Shown here one piece after another: positions 27,439-37,194 of a stretch of DNA of 44,142 nt; position 1 is the first letter of the stretch, and each line of letters opens with the position of its first letter. Under the pieces are notes generated by a model. The model was not told where the DNA came from. It saw only the letters and a list, made by a program, of their open reading frames with translations, and searched no databases. This DNA is from Bacteroidota bacterium (lineage in GTDB: Bacteria; Bacteroidota; Bacteroidia; JABEUT01), in contig JABCZY010000004.1 in the NCBI GenBank assembly GCA_013289395.1, positions 1 through 44,142 of the forward strand. Reading direction: 5' to 3'. The position numbers were made by a program, and so were the translations under genes.

Positions 27439-27875
27439 TTGCCGCGGTTTATAGTGTCTGAATACCCTTGCTTATTATTGGGGTCGAATGGAAACGATTC
27501 TTTTAGTTTTTCCCCAACCAGTCTTACTCCTTCACAAATTCCTTCTGTTAATTCTCCACGCTTAAAAAATTCAGCCATTTTATCTTTTACATTCTCCCAA
27601 AAAATATCAGTAACCTTAGTATGAATACCTTCATCGCCAATTATGGCAAACTTCTTGTGATCCTTGGCAAGGTATATCAATACTCCATTCCTGTGGTTCT
27701 TTTCATGAAGCTTTAAGTGATGAAATACGGCAACACTTCTTTCGTACGCATCACCTTCACATTTCGATTCAACATAAAACCGTATTTCGCCCGATGTGGA
27801 ATGCTCTGCCAGTTTAATGGCATCAATTATCTGCTTTTCTTCTGCAGCCGAAAAAAACTTCTTCTTAAAGAACAT
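27435..27875 (-). CDS. Short TPM-domain protein
   Basis: AE..TSGEIR, RNGVLIY and FAIIGDEGI; lies in the LemA operon. Confidence 0.88.
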   Translation of the reverse strand: MFFKKKFFSAAEEKQIIDAIKLAEHSTSGEIRFYVESKCEGDAYERSVAVFHHLKLHEKNHRNGVLIYLAKDHKKFAIIGDEGIHTKVTDIFWENVKDKMAEFFKRGELTEGICEGVRLVGEKLKESFPFDPNNKQGYSDTINRGK

Positions 27876-27877
27876 GG

Positions 27878-28471
27878 TTAGAAGCTAACATTAGGAACCT
27901 TGTCTGTACCCGCCTGAGCCTGGAAATAACCCTTGGATGTAAAGCCATACATATTGGCCACAATATTATGCGGGAATGTCATTATATAGGTATTATACTC
28001 TTTAACAACATCGTTAAAATCCTGTCTTGCCTTATTAATGCGGTTCTCAGTGCCTTCCTGCTGGGTTTGAAAATCCTGGAATGCAGCCGTTGTTTTCAGG
28101 TCGGGGTATTGTTCTGCAATAGCCATTAACCTGCCGAATGAACTTTTAAAACCATCCTGTGCCTGTTCAAATTGCTTTACACTTTCAGGTGTAAGCTTAC
28201 TTGCATCAACTGTAATACTTGTCGCTTTCGAACGTGCGTCAATAACTTCCGTTAATGTTTGTTGCTCAAATTTTGCAGAACCCTTTATAGTTGCCATTAC
28301 AGTACTGTACAAATCATTTCTGCGCTGGTATTGTGTTTCCACATTGCTCCACATCTGGCTTGTATTTTGGCTACGGCTTACCATACCATTGTATGGGCCT
28401 ATAAATATTCCGAATACAACTAACAATGCAAGACCAACAACAACTAATAAAACAATCGTTCCCTGTTTCAT
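27878..28471 (-). CDS. lemA: LemA family protein
   Basis: N-terminal TM, YQRR.DL, E.YPDLK, EGTENRI..AR..FN and FP.N. Confidence 0.93.
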   Translation of the reverse strand: MKQGTIVLLVVVGLALLVVFGIFIGPYNGMVSRSQNTSQMWSNVETQYQRRNDLYSTVMATIKGSAKFEQQTLTEVIDARSKATSITVDASKLTPESVKQFEQAQDGFKSSFGRLMAIAEQYPDLKTTAAFQDFQTQQEGTENRINKARQDFNDVVKEYNTYIMTFPHNIVANMYGFTSKGYFQAQAGTDKVPNVSF

Positions 28472-28516
28472 AATTTTTTATTTAATAATTAAAGCAAAGA
28501 TAGCTAAAGGCTTTCA

Positions 28517-29677
28517 CTAATTAGTGATGACCATTTTACAGGTATGCACTACTCCCCTACCCGTTGTTCTTATAAAGAAAAATCCTTTTTCAGGCAGATA
28601 CATATCTAACAGCTTCATACCTTGCACATTTGCTTTTTTAATAAGACGCCCTATAGCATCTATTACTTCAATTTGCTCTGTATTATCTGGTAACTGAACT
28701 GTAAAATTACCTGCACTTGGGTTAGGATATACAAGGTAATTATCAGTTGATGCGGTGGCTTCATTAATATCTGTTACGGTATAAGGAATACAACGATAAA
28801 AAACAGCCGTGTCGGACATGAATGAGTCTACAACTGTTTTGGTAATTGCACTTGCGGTAAAATAAACCGCTGAATTACCGGTAAGCGGATTGAACCCTGT
28901 AGAAGGAACTGTGTTGTAATTATTATACCGTATAAGTGCATAGCTTTTACCAATAGTAAGTGAATCAGCAATTATTTGTGCTTTCATCATGCGTGGTTTT
29001 GCACCAAGACTAACGTTGGGTTCATCATTTGAATCGAGTACTATATGTACGGGCCGTGTAACATGGCCAGGGTCTTTATTTCCTGTAACAACAACACCAT
29101 AATCAACATCTTGCGGTACATAATATGGAAATGGGGCCGAATTATTAGCAACTGTACGGGTACCGTATAATGTGGAAAAGATTCGAGTAAAAGGCATAGT
29201 ATCGAAATTACTGTTGTAAGTAAGTGAATCGGTACTTGTATACGTGCCTATACTCTTAGCATTAAAGCCAATGGCAGGAATAATATGGTCATAATCAGGA
29301 TCACTCGCCCCGCTTACATATACAACAATAATTACCGGCTGTTTTTTATTCAAATATTGCTTTACCCAATCAAGGTAACTCGTATACTGTGGTGAAGCAC
29401 CATTGGGATCCCATTCAACATAATTGAATGAAAGGGTGTTAAGCGCTATAGTGTCATTCACATATATAAGTAACTCTCCACCCGCAACATTACGGCAAAG
29501 CCCTTCCGAAATATAATCGCCATAATACAGCCCGCACATCTGTATGGAGTTCTCTCCGCAATACCCATTATTATTGGGCCACTGTATACGTGAAGGTATA
29601 TTTAACCTTGTGCTGACCTGTGCATTCAGGCACAGTGACAATGCAACAACAAATATGCTGAGTATATTTTTTTTCAT
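28517..29677 (-). CDS. T9SS type A cargo protein with putative papain/C39-like N-terminal domain
   Basis: Signal peptide; QW....GYCGE, YDHIIPAIG and YNSN; C-terminal VYPNP...G sorting domain. Confidence 0.6.
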   Translation of the reverse strand: MKKNILSIFVVALSLCLNAQVSTRLNIPSRIQWPNNNGYCGENSIQMCGLYYGDYISEGLCRNVAGGELLIYVNDTIALNTLSFNYVEWDPNGASPQYTSYLDWVKQYLNKKQPVIIVVYVSGASDPDYDHIIPAIGFNAKSIGTYTSTDSLTYNSNFDTMPFTRIFSTLYGTRTVANNSAPFPYYVPQDVDYGVVVTGNKDPGHVTRPVHIVLDSNDEPNVSLGAKPRMMKAQIIADSLTIGKSYALIRYNNYNTVPSTGFNPLTGNSAVYFTASAITKTVVDSFMSDTAVFYRCIPYTVTDINEATASTDNYLVYPNPSAGNFTVQLPDNTEQIEVIDAIGRLIKKANVQGMKLLDMYLPEKGFFFIRTTGRGVVHTCKMVITN

Positions 29678-29839
29678 AGCCACAGATGAATATGTTCAGG
29701 TAAATGTAACGATTTAGATTATTGATTTACAATTTATTAGCAGAAAACTACTTTTGGTGGGAGATAGGGCATTATTCCTTCTTACAAACACCCGTTTTTC
29801 ATCAATATCTCTATCTTTGCCACCTCTAATATTACACTT

Positions 29840-30553
29840 ATGGGACGCGTATTTGAAAAAAGAAAATATACAATGTTTGCCCGTTTTGCCAAAATGGCTA
29901 AAACATTTACAAAAATTGGTAAGGATATTGCTATTGCTGTAAAAGCCGGTGGACCAGACCCCGATACGAACCCACGTTTACGTATGTGCATACAAAATGC
30001 CAGGGCCGTAAATATGCCAAAAACAAATGTTGATGCGGCAATAAAAAGGGCATCGGACAAGGATGTTTCAAATTATGAAGAAGCTATATACGAAGGATAT
30101 GCACCGCATGGTGTACCTGTGTTAGTTGAATGTACTACCGATAACCCGACCCGTACGGTTGCTAACATCCGAATGTATTTTTCACGTGCCGGAGGAAATT
30201 TGGCAACAAATGGCTCAGTAAGTTTTATGTTTGAAAGAAAAGCGCTTTTTAAAGTTGCGGCGGCTGGCTTGAATAAAGAAGAAATTGAATTTGAACTGAT
30301 AGATTTTGGAGCGGAAGAATTTACCTGGGACGATGAGCATAATGAACTGATCATTCAAACTCCTTTTTCTGAATTTGGCCATATGCAAAAAGCATTGGAA
30401 GAAAAGAAGTTCGAGATAAAAGAAAGCTCGAAAACATTTATTCCTACTACACATAAGGAACTAACAGATGCCGAGGAAGCAGACCTGGTTGCACTCATTG
30501 AAAAGATGGAAGAAGATGACGATGTTGTAGCGGTTTTCCATAACGCCCGTTAA
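29840..30553 (+). CDS. yebC: YebC/PmpR family protein
   Basis: GGPDPDTNPRLR, NMPK, YEGYAPHGV, TDNPTRT and EDDDV. TATCTTTG promoter box at 29812-29819. Confidence 0.95.
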   Translation: MGRVFEKRKYTMFARFAKMAKTFTKIGKDIAIAVKAGGPDPDTNPRLRMCIQNARAVNMPKTNVDAAIKRASDKDVSNYEEAIYEGYAPHGVPVLVECTTDNPTRTVANIRMYFSRAGGNLATNGSVSFMFERKALFKVAAAGLNKEEIEFELIDFGAEEFTWDDEHNELIIQTPFSEFGHMQKALEEKKFEIKESSKTFIPTTHKELTDAEEADLVALIEKMEEDDDVVAVFHNAR

Positions 30554-30653
30554 TTTAACCTGTTACCTGCGTAAATACATTTAGCCTTATTCGCACAAAG
30601 GCCATATGCCTATTTTACTACCTTTGAAGTATAACGAACCCATTAAACTTAAA

Positions 30654-32702
30654 ATGAAAAAACATTTATCATCCCTGGCACTACTTGTTCTAATTGCAGC
30701 ATTTACTTCATGTAATACTGCATCAAAGAAAACGGAAGGCATTGTTTCTGACGAATTGGCTTCACATATTGATTCTACTGTAAAACCAGGTAACGATTTT
30801 TTTCTGTATGCTAATGGTAAATGGTTTAAGAATAACCCTATACCTAATAGTGAACAGCAAAACGGGTTATGGCAATTGATACAGGACACAATTAATGCAC
30901 AGATACTGAATCTTTGTAAAACATCGGCAGCACTTACAAATGCTGCACCAGGTTCGAACAAACAAAAAATAGGAGATTTTTATTATTCAGGTATGGATAG
31001 CGTTACTCTGAATAAAAATGGTATTTCAGGACTTAATGATGCACTCAGCAAAATTGATAATATAAAAGATCTTAAAGGTGTTATTCAAACTGCAGCATAC
31101 ATACATACGGTTGCAGGCGCACCTTTATTCCATTTCTCGGTTCGGCAAGATGATAAGTTGAGCAGTAAAAATATGATTGCAATAGAGCAAGGTGGACTAA
31201 GCCTGCCTAACCGCGATTATTATTTTGATGCAGACCAAAGAGCCGTGTCCGTTCGTGAAAAATTTCTTGTTCACCTTACCAACATGTTTACCATAATGGG
31301 GTATGATGAAAAGAAAGCTAAGGCAGCAACTGACAACGTAATGAAGCTGGAAACTGCTATGGCTAAAACATCAAGAAAGAAGGAAGATACACGCGACCCC
31401 TTAAAGAACTACAACAAAATTACCTATAAACAATTACAGGCACTAACTCCGAATTTAGATTGGTCCATTTTTATGGATGAAGTAAACCTGCATAACGTAG
31501 ATACAGTTATGGTTGGCCAACCTGAATTCCTGACTGCGCTAAATGGTGAGCTGAAAAGTTTTTCATTGGACGATTGGAAGAACTACTTAAAATTTCATTT
31601 GGTTAATGGTCTGGCTCCATATACCGACGACAAAACCTATATGGAATATTTCAGTTTCTATGGCACCGCATTAAGGGGAATAAAAGAACCTAAGCCAAGG
31701 TGGAAGAGAGTTGTGGAATCAACCGATGAAGCTTTGGGAGAATTAATTGGCCAGGTGTACGTTACGGATTACCTGCCGAAAGGAACAAAAGAAAAATTGC
31801 TGGAAATAGGAAAGGCTATTAAAGATGTATATGCATCGAGAATAAAGAATCTTGATTGGATGAGCCCCGCAACAAAAGAAAAGGCTTTGAACAAGCTGAA
31901 CGTAATGGTTGTGAAAGTAGGCTATCCTGATAAATGGAAGGATTTGAGCGCATTGAAAATAGACAGAACATCGTACCTGCAAAATGAAATGAATGCCAAT
32001 AAGTGGGAATTCAATTACATGACAGCCAAGTATGGAAAACCAGTTGACCGTACCGAATGGGAAATGGAACCACAAACCTACAATGCTTACTATGAGCCTA
32101 CTAACAACGAAATTGTAGTACCCGGATGTAATATAATTATACCTGGCTATGAGCATAAATTTGCCGATGATGCATTGTTATATTCAATTATTGGTGGAAC
32201 ATTCGGCCATGAAATGACCCATGGGTTTGATGACCAGGGAAGCATGTATGATGAGAAAGGGAATATTAATAACTGGTGGACAGCGGAGGACAGCATTAAG
32301 TTTCATGCACGTACAAAAAAACTTATTCAGCAGTTTAACGAATACATTCCAGTTGATAGCCTGCATATAAATGGTAAGGTAACCTTAGGGGAAAACCTTG
32401 CCGATCTTGGTGGAATAATGTTTGCATACGAAGCATTCAAAAAAACAAAACAATACCAGGACAATCAAATAATTGCCGGCTTAACTCCCGATCAGCGTTT
32501 CTTTTTAGGATATGCATACGGGTGGATGATAGACACAAGGCCTGAAGCATTGGCTGACCAGGTAAAGAGCAATGAACACTCTCCTGCCAAATTCAGGGTT
32601 ATTGGTCCACTTACAGATATGCCTGAATTCTATAAGGCTTTTGATATTAAGCCAGGTGATAAATACTGGCGTGCTGATAGCTTAAGGGTCCACATCTGGT
32701 AA
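30654..32702 (+). CDS. pepO: M13 family metalloendopeptidase (PepO/neprilysin-like), lipoprotein
   Basis: Lipobox FTSC, DFFLYANGKW, NAYY, GHEMTHGFDDQG, GENLADLGG and HSP..FR. Start moved to ATG 30654 because a TACCTTTG box lies at 30619-30626. Confidence 0.93.
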   Translation: MKKHLSSLALLVLIAAFTSCNTASKKTEGIVSDELASHIDSTVKPGNDFFLYANGKWFKNNPIPNSEQQNGLWQLIQDTINAQILNLCKTSAALTNAAPGSNKQKIGDFYYSGMDSVTLNKNGISGLNDALSKIDNIKDLKGVIQTAAYIHTVAGAPLFHFSVRQDDKLSSKNMIAIEQGGLSLPNRDYYFDADQRAVSVREKFLVHLTNMFTIMGYDEKKAKAATDNVMKLETAMAKTSRKKEDTRDPLKNYNKITYKQLQALTPNLDWSIFMDEVNLHNVDTVMVGQPEFLTALNGELKSFSLDDWKNYLKFHLVNGLAPYTDDKTYMEYFSFYGTALRGIKEPKPRWKRVVESTDEALGELIGQVYVTDYLPKGTKEKLLEIGKAIKDVYASRIKNLDWMSPATKEKALNKLNVMVVKVGYPDKWKDLSALKIDRTSYLQNEMNANKWEFNYMTAKYGKPVDRTEWEMEPQTYNAYYEPTNNEIVVPGCNIIIPGYEHKFADDALLYSIIGGTFGHEMTHGFDDQGSMYDEKGNINNWWTAEDSIKFHARTKKLIQQFNEYIPVDSLHINGKVTLGENLADLGGIMFAYEAFKKTKQYQDNQIIAGLTPDQRFFLGYAYGWMIDTRPEALADQVKSNEHSPAKFRVIGPLTDMPEFYKAFDIKPGDKYWRADSLRVHIW

Positions 32703-32746
32703 TAGCATTGTAGGTATGAATATTTCTTAATGAAATCAGCATAAGA

Positions 32747-33742
32747 ATGAAGAGGTGTTTCCTTTCTCTGGTTGTTATTCTTTTTATTTCTATTACTGCC
32801 TTATCACAAAAATATTGCATATCTGGCCGCTTTACAAAAACTGACTATTTTAAAGATAGTTCAATTACTTTTTTAAATAAAGTAGTGTATGGAAGTGCAA
32901 TAGACTGGCAAGGCAAACTTAAAGAAGTGGACATGTCAGTTTTCATGCCCAAAAATAATGTTGACTCATTAAAAAAACGACCTCTTATACTTTTCATCCA
33001 TGGCGGGTCATTTAATGGCGGAAGTAAAACATCGTTCCACAATTTAGCAAGGTTACTGGCAAGGCAAGGTTTTGTTACTGTCTCAATTAATTATCGTTTA
33101 GGCTGGATAATAGATTTCGGCAGGACAGATACTTCATTTAACGAAGACTATTATCGTGCCGTACAAGATTCTAAGGCAGCTATTCGTTTCCTGGTTCATA
33201 ATGCTGCGGAATATGGTATCGATACTTCAGAGATATTCCTTTGCGGTGGAAGTGCCGGAGCTATTACCATATTGACCGACGCATTTTATACACAAAAAAT
33301 ATGGGATACGTATTTTCCTTGGCTACATAAAAAACTGGGCGCAACCGATAGTTCTACCAATAAATTACTTGAACACTATTCTATTAAAGGCTTAGTATCA
33401 ATGTGGGGACAAATAAGAGACACAACCCTTATCACTTCACAAATAGCAAAACGTATTCCCATACTTTTATGTCATGGTACTGCCGATAGGGTAGTTGCTT
33501 ACGTAAAATCAGATACAGCACACTACCCGAAGTTACTTAATCCTGCGTATGGCTCTTACCTTATTGCACAGCGCTACAAACACCTGGGTGCTTGTTATCA
33601 GCTTAATACAAAAATAAATGGTGGCCACGGAGAAGACTTCAGCGATAATTTCTTGGCAGAAAAAATCGGTAGCTTCTGTAAAAGCATACTTTGCAGCAAT
33701 TGTAAGTCGGAAGAATTTTCCACAACCTTTATCGAAAAATAA
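32747..33742 (+). CDS. Secreted alpha/beta-hydrolase (carboxylesterase/lipase)
   Basis: HGGSF, NYRLG, GGSAG nucleophile, HGTAD and GGH. Confidence 0.85.
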   Translation: MKRCFLSLVVILFISITALSQKYCISGRFTKTDYFKDSSITFLNKVVYGSAIDWQGKLKEVDMSVFMPKNNVDSLKKRPLILFIHGGSFNGGSKTSFHNLARLLARQGFVTVSINYRLGWIIDFGRTDTSFNEDYYRAVQDSKAAIRFLVHNAAEYGIDTSEIFLCGGSAGAITILTDAFYTQKIWDTYFPWLHKKLGATDSSTNKLLEHYSIKGLVSMWGQIRDTTLITSQIAKRIPILLCHGTADRVVAYVKSDTAHYPKLLNPAYGSYLIAQRYKHLGACYQLNTKINGGHGEDFSDNFLAEKIGSFCKSILCSNCKSEEFSTTFIEK

Positions 33743-33750
33743 CTTAAACT

Positions 33751-34401
33751 ATGGCTACACCAAGTAATGAACCAACATTCGGAGGAAAGCAGTCACGTTC
33801 TATGCGCATATGGCACTGGAGCACATTTATAATTATAATGGGTTCATTGGTAACAGTACTGTTGGCAAAAACAATATTCAATACACGTAGTAATATAGCA
33901 CTGGTTAAGGATAGTTTGCAAGAAAATAATATTGCGGTTACCGATCAACAAGCCAGGTCAGTATCGCATGAGTTTAATGACTTGCTATGGCATTGGCATA
34001 TTTATATCGGTTATGTATTAGCTGGCTTGTTTTTGTTTCGCTTGATCTTTGAATTCTTTCAGCCTGCGGAACAAAAATTAATACCTGCTCTTAAAAAAGC
34101 ATTGAACTATTTAAAAATGCCCGGAGCTGATAAAAAAGAAACGAAACATTACATAGTCGTAAAACTTCTTTACCTGTTCTTCTACTTCTCACTTTTTATT
34201 CAAACCTGTACCGGCTTGTTCATGGTATATTCTGATGATGTAGACAACATGAAAGACATAAGACACACGACAAGCGATATTCATTCTGTTTTTATGTGGG
34301 TACTTATTACTTACATTGTTGTGCATATTGGTGGTGTTATACTTGCTGAATTAGGTAAGAACAAGGGCATAGTTTCGAAAATGATAAACGGGGGCAAATA
34401 G
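33751..34401 (+). CDS. Cytochrome b/b6-domain membrane protein (Ni/Fe-hydrogenase cyt b / b561-like)
   Basis: RIWHW, WHIYIGY, DIHS and VHIGGV give four heme-ligand His in TM helices. Confidence 0.82.
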   Translation: MATPSNEPTFGGKQSRSMRIWHWSTFIIIMGSLVTVLLAKTIFNTRSNIALVKDSLQENNIAVTDQQARSVSHEFNDLLWHWHIYIGYVLAGLFLFRLIFEFFQPAEQKLIPALKKALNYLKMPGADKKETKHYIVVKLLYLFFYFSLFIQTCTGLFMVYSDDVDNMKDIRHTTSDIHSVFMWVLITYIVVHIGGVILAELGKNKGIVSKMINGGK

Positions 34402-34660
34402 ACTTTCTCTGTCAATTTGACACGAAAGAATTTTAGCAATCACATTACCGCCATATCACAATGATTACCACCAAGATGCGTAAAACATTGCTATATAAAT
34501 TAGTAAAATGATTCATTGTATTTTATTGTAAATAACAATAACTACTCCTTCCACACTTATAACAAATGGCAGATATAACTTGAGTGGGTTGTTGATAGCT
34601 TTCGTCTTTAAAATTTACACTGACACTTTGTATGCCTAATTTTGTTTTATGACCTTATTG

Positions 34661-34690
34661 TGCAACCATTCTTATGCGTTTGTATTATTG
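34661..34690 (+). promoter_or_regulatory. Putative ECF promoter TGCAACC-N15-TATTATTG
   Basis: Lies upstream of the sigma gene; the same bipartite motif recurs at 35257-35286. Confidence 0.6.
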
Positions 34691-34710
34691 CCATATAGTA
34701 TTCGTTTAAC

Positions 34711-35271
34711 ATGGATGAAGAAGTTGAATTGCTGAATAGAATTAAAGCAAGCCCGGGAAACTTTTCTGAAGTTTTTAAGCTATACTATAAGCCAATTTTT
34801 GGATATATACTGCGCCGCACCGGTAATTTTGATGAAACGGCCGACATTGCAGCGAACACTTTTCTTAAAGCCTATACCCACATAAACAATTTTACGTATA
34901 AAGGCATTTCCATTAAGGTATGGCTCTACCGTATAGCTACAAATGAAACAAATCAGTTTTTCAGGTACAGAAAAAAATACAATTCCTTATTTGAGAAAAT
35001 TGATTTTGAAAATAAAGAGCTTTTCAGAAATTACCTGCAAGATGACAGAGAAGAATTAGAACAAGAGCTTAAAAAGCACCATCAGTTTATTTCGGTTATC
35101 ACAGCTTTGAAAACATTACCCAACAAGTACCAGGAGGTAATTTCATTACGTCATTTTGAAGGGAAAGACAATAAGGAAATTGTTGATATTTTGAATATTA
35201 AAGAAGGGACATTGAAATCTTTATTATCCAGAGGAATTGAAAAGTTGAGAGAAAAGTGCAACCAAATTTAA
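34711..35271 (+). CDS. ECF RNA polymerase sigma factor
   Basis: Region 2 (DIAANTFLKAY, WLYRIATN) and region 4 (LP..YQEVISL, EI..IL....GTLKS.LSRG). Confidence 0.92.
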   Translation: MDEEVELLNRIKASPGNFSEVFKLYYKPIFGYILRRTGNFDETADIAANTFLKAYTHINNFTYKGISIKVWLYRIATNETNQFFRYRKKYNSLFEKIDFENKELFRNYLQDDREELEQELKKHHQFISVITALKTLPNKYQEVISLRHFEGKDNKEIVDILNIKEGTLKSLLSRGIEKLREKCNQI

Positions 35272-35286
35272 CGTTTAGCATTATTG
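35257..35286 (+). promoter_or_regulatory. Second copy of the putative ECF promoter, TGCAACC-N15-CATTATTG
   Basis: Overlaps the last codons of the sigma gene and ends 3 nt before ATG 35290. Confidence 0.55.
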
Positions 35287-35289
35287 ATC

Positions 35290-35709
35290 ATGGAAGCAGA
35301 AAAATTTGAAAATATATTAATGCAAATGAGCAAACCAAAAGTTGCTCATTTAAAACACCAGGATATGTTGGCAAACGCAATAACAAATGCAAAAGATAAG
35401 TCTGTTTTAAGCTTATGGTGGTTAAGTGTACCGCTATATATTATTGCAGCACTGTTAATGAAAACATGTTTTATGCCTAACACAACACTAGCATCGAACA
35501 TTCATGAATTGGCAAACAAAGGAAAGTATTCAGCTTTGTTCATCTTTATTGTAATACCAATATTATTTATTGTAATAAATGCTGCAACGATCAGGAAAAT
35601 CTATTTTCTGTCAGGTAGTCCGAAAAGTGCAAGCTTTCTTAAAGAGATTTGGGTTAACGTTTTTATCATACTCGCTTCCATTCTCATTCTGATAATTTAT
35701 TTACTTTAA
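35290..35709 (+). CDS. Membrane protein, putative anti-sigma factor (3 TM)
   Basis: Short cytoplasmic N-terminus then three hydrophobic helices; directly follows the ECF gene. Confidence 0.55.
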   Translation: MEAEKFENILMQMSKPKVAHLKHQDMLANAITNAKDKSVLSLWWLSVPLYIIAALLMKTCFMPNTTLASNIHELANKGKYSALFIFIVIPILFIVINAATIRKIYFLSGSPKSASFLKEIWVNVFIILASILILIIYLL

Positions 35710-35721
35710 AAAAACAATAAA

Positions 35722-35958
35722 ATGAAATTACCTTGGTTTAAGCGCAACGGGTTATTCTTTATGCCTATCAGCATAATTGGGTGGCTTATCCTTATTGTAG
35801 GGATAGGGTACTCAGTTTATACTTTCATCGAAATTAATAATCAGGGGCACTCTGTAAGTGACATACTTATTAATTTTGTCTTCAGTCTTATTATTATCGG
35901 GGCTATTTATTCTTCTATAGCCTATTTTACCAGCAGGCCATGGCCTCAAAAGAAATAA
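35722..35958 (+). CDS. Small 2-TM hypothetical protein
   Basis: MKLPWFKR.G...P....GW start; A-rich translation initiation region. Confidence 0.65.
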   Translation: MKLPWFKRNGLFFMPISIIGWLILIVGIGYSVYTFIEINNQGHSVSDILINFVFSLIIIGAIYSSIAYFTSRPWPQKK

Positions 35959-35985
35959 AAACCACATTTTTCGTACCTTTGATAT

Positions 35986-37194
35986 GTGCAGCACTTCCCC
36001 AAAAACATAATACACCCCATTTTCAGGGCATGGATACAATGCACAGCTTATTTCTATTTTGAAAAAGTAATTGTAAGTGGTGAGGAGAACATACCCGACA
36101 CCGGTCCAGTAATATTAGCCAGCAATCATCCAAATTCCTTTCTCGACCCTTTGCTAATAACATCTTATTATAACAGGCCTATCTATTACATGGCTCGAGG
36201 AGATGTTTTTGCAACCAGGCTTGCATCTGCATTACTGGGGTTTCTGAATATTATTCCTATTTACCGAAAAGAAGAAGGCGCCGAGAATTTCCCTAAGAAC
36301 GAAAGCACTTTCACTTTTTGTATAAAGGCATTTGAGCAGAACGGGACCGTCCTAATATTTTCGGAAGGGCAATCAGAGAATGAGTGGGAACTGCGGCCGT
36401 TGCGTAAAGGCACAGCGCGGTTGGCTTACGATGCTTGGCATAGCCAGGGGATAGGCCAGGAACTTAAAATACTTCCCGTGAGTATTAACTATAGTTCATG
36501 GTTACATATAAATTGTGTTGCCCACTTGTCTTTCGCACCTGTTATTTCAAAAAGCAATTTACCCGAAGATATGGAGCAAGGCTTGTTTCACAGAAAATTC
36601 AATGAGCAATTAAAGAGTGAACTACAGGAACACTGTGTGGTTATTGATACAGAGAAGCAGATAGAGTTGCAAGAGATCCTTGTAGCGTTTCTGCTTAAGA
36701 ACATGATAAATGGGAAGAAGTTTGCAAAGCGGGCAATAGAAAAAATAAGCGGAGAAAGCGAAACGGAGAGAGAAAAAACAATATTGTTTGCCAATTACAT
36801 TAAAACACATAACATTAAATACTTCGAAGAGCCAAGTGTAGAAGGCTTTTTAGCAGGTGTTTTTATTTACCCATTAGCAATTGTATTCAATTTTATCCCC
36901 TACACTATTTGTAAGTTCATTGCTACACGCACCACACACCATAACGAGTTTTACGATTCTGTACTCTTCTGCACACTTCTGTTTATATACCCCATATATA
37001 TCTTAGCCTTGTTCGCAGTAACTATTAGTATTACGCATTCCATTGTAAGCAGTATAGCTATAAGTGCATTGGCATTGCTTGCAGCAAAATGGCGTGAAAA
37101 AGCCAGAAGAAATATTATTTGTTTCAGTAAAAGAAAAGAAATGAAGACCGTTTCAACTATGCTACGCGGGCTTTTTGAAAAAGGTAGTGACTAA
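35986..37194 (+). CDS. PlsC-family acyltransferase with C-terminal TM region
   Basis: NHPNSFLD (HX4D), FSEG and KGTARLA. TACCTTTG box at 35974-35981. Confidence 0.88.
   Translation: MQHFPKNIIHPIFRAWIQCTAYFYFEKVIVSGEENIPDTGPVILASNHPNSFLDPLLITSYYNRPIYYMARGDVFATRLASALLGFLNIIPIYRKEEGAENFPKNESTFTFCIKAFEQNGTVLIFSEGQSENEWELRPLRKGTARLAYDAWHSQGIGQELKILPVSINYSSWLHINCVAHLSFAPVISKSNLPEDMEQGLFHRKFNEQLKSELQEHCVVIDTEKQIELQEILVAFLLKNMINGKKFAKRAIEKISGESETEREKTILFANYIKTHNIKYFEEPSVEGFLAGVFIYPLAIVFNFIPYTICKFIATRTTHHNEFYDSVLFCTLLFIYPIYILALFAVTISITHSIVSSIAISALALLAAKWREKARRNIICFSKRKEMKTVSTMLRGLFEKGSD

Noticed and set aside
33751-34401. Hydrogenase operon
   Set aside because: Only the cytochrome b-like gene is present.
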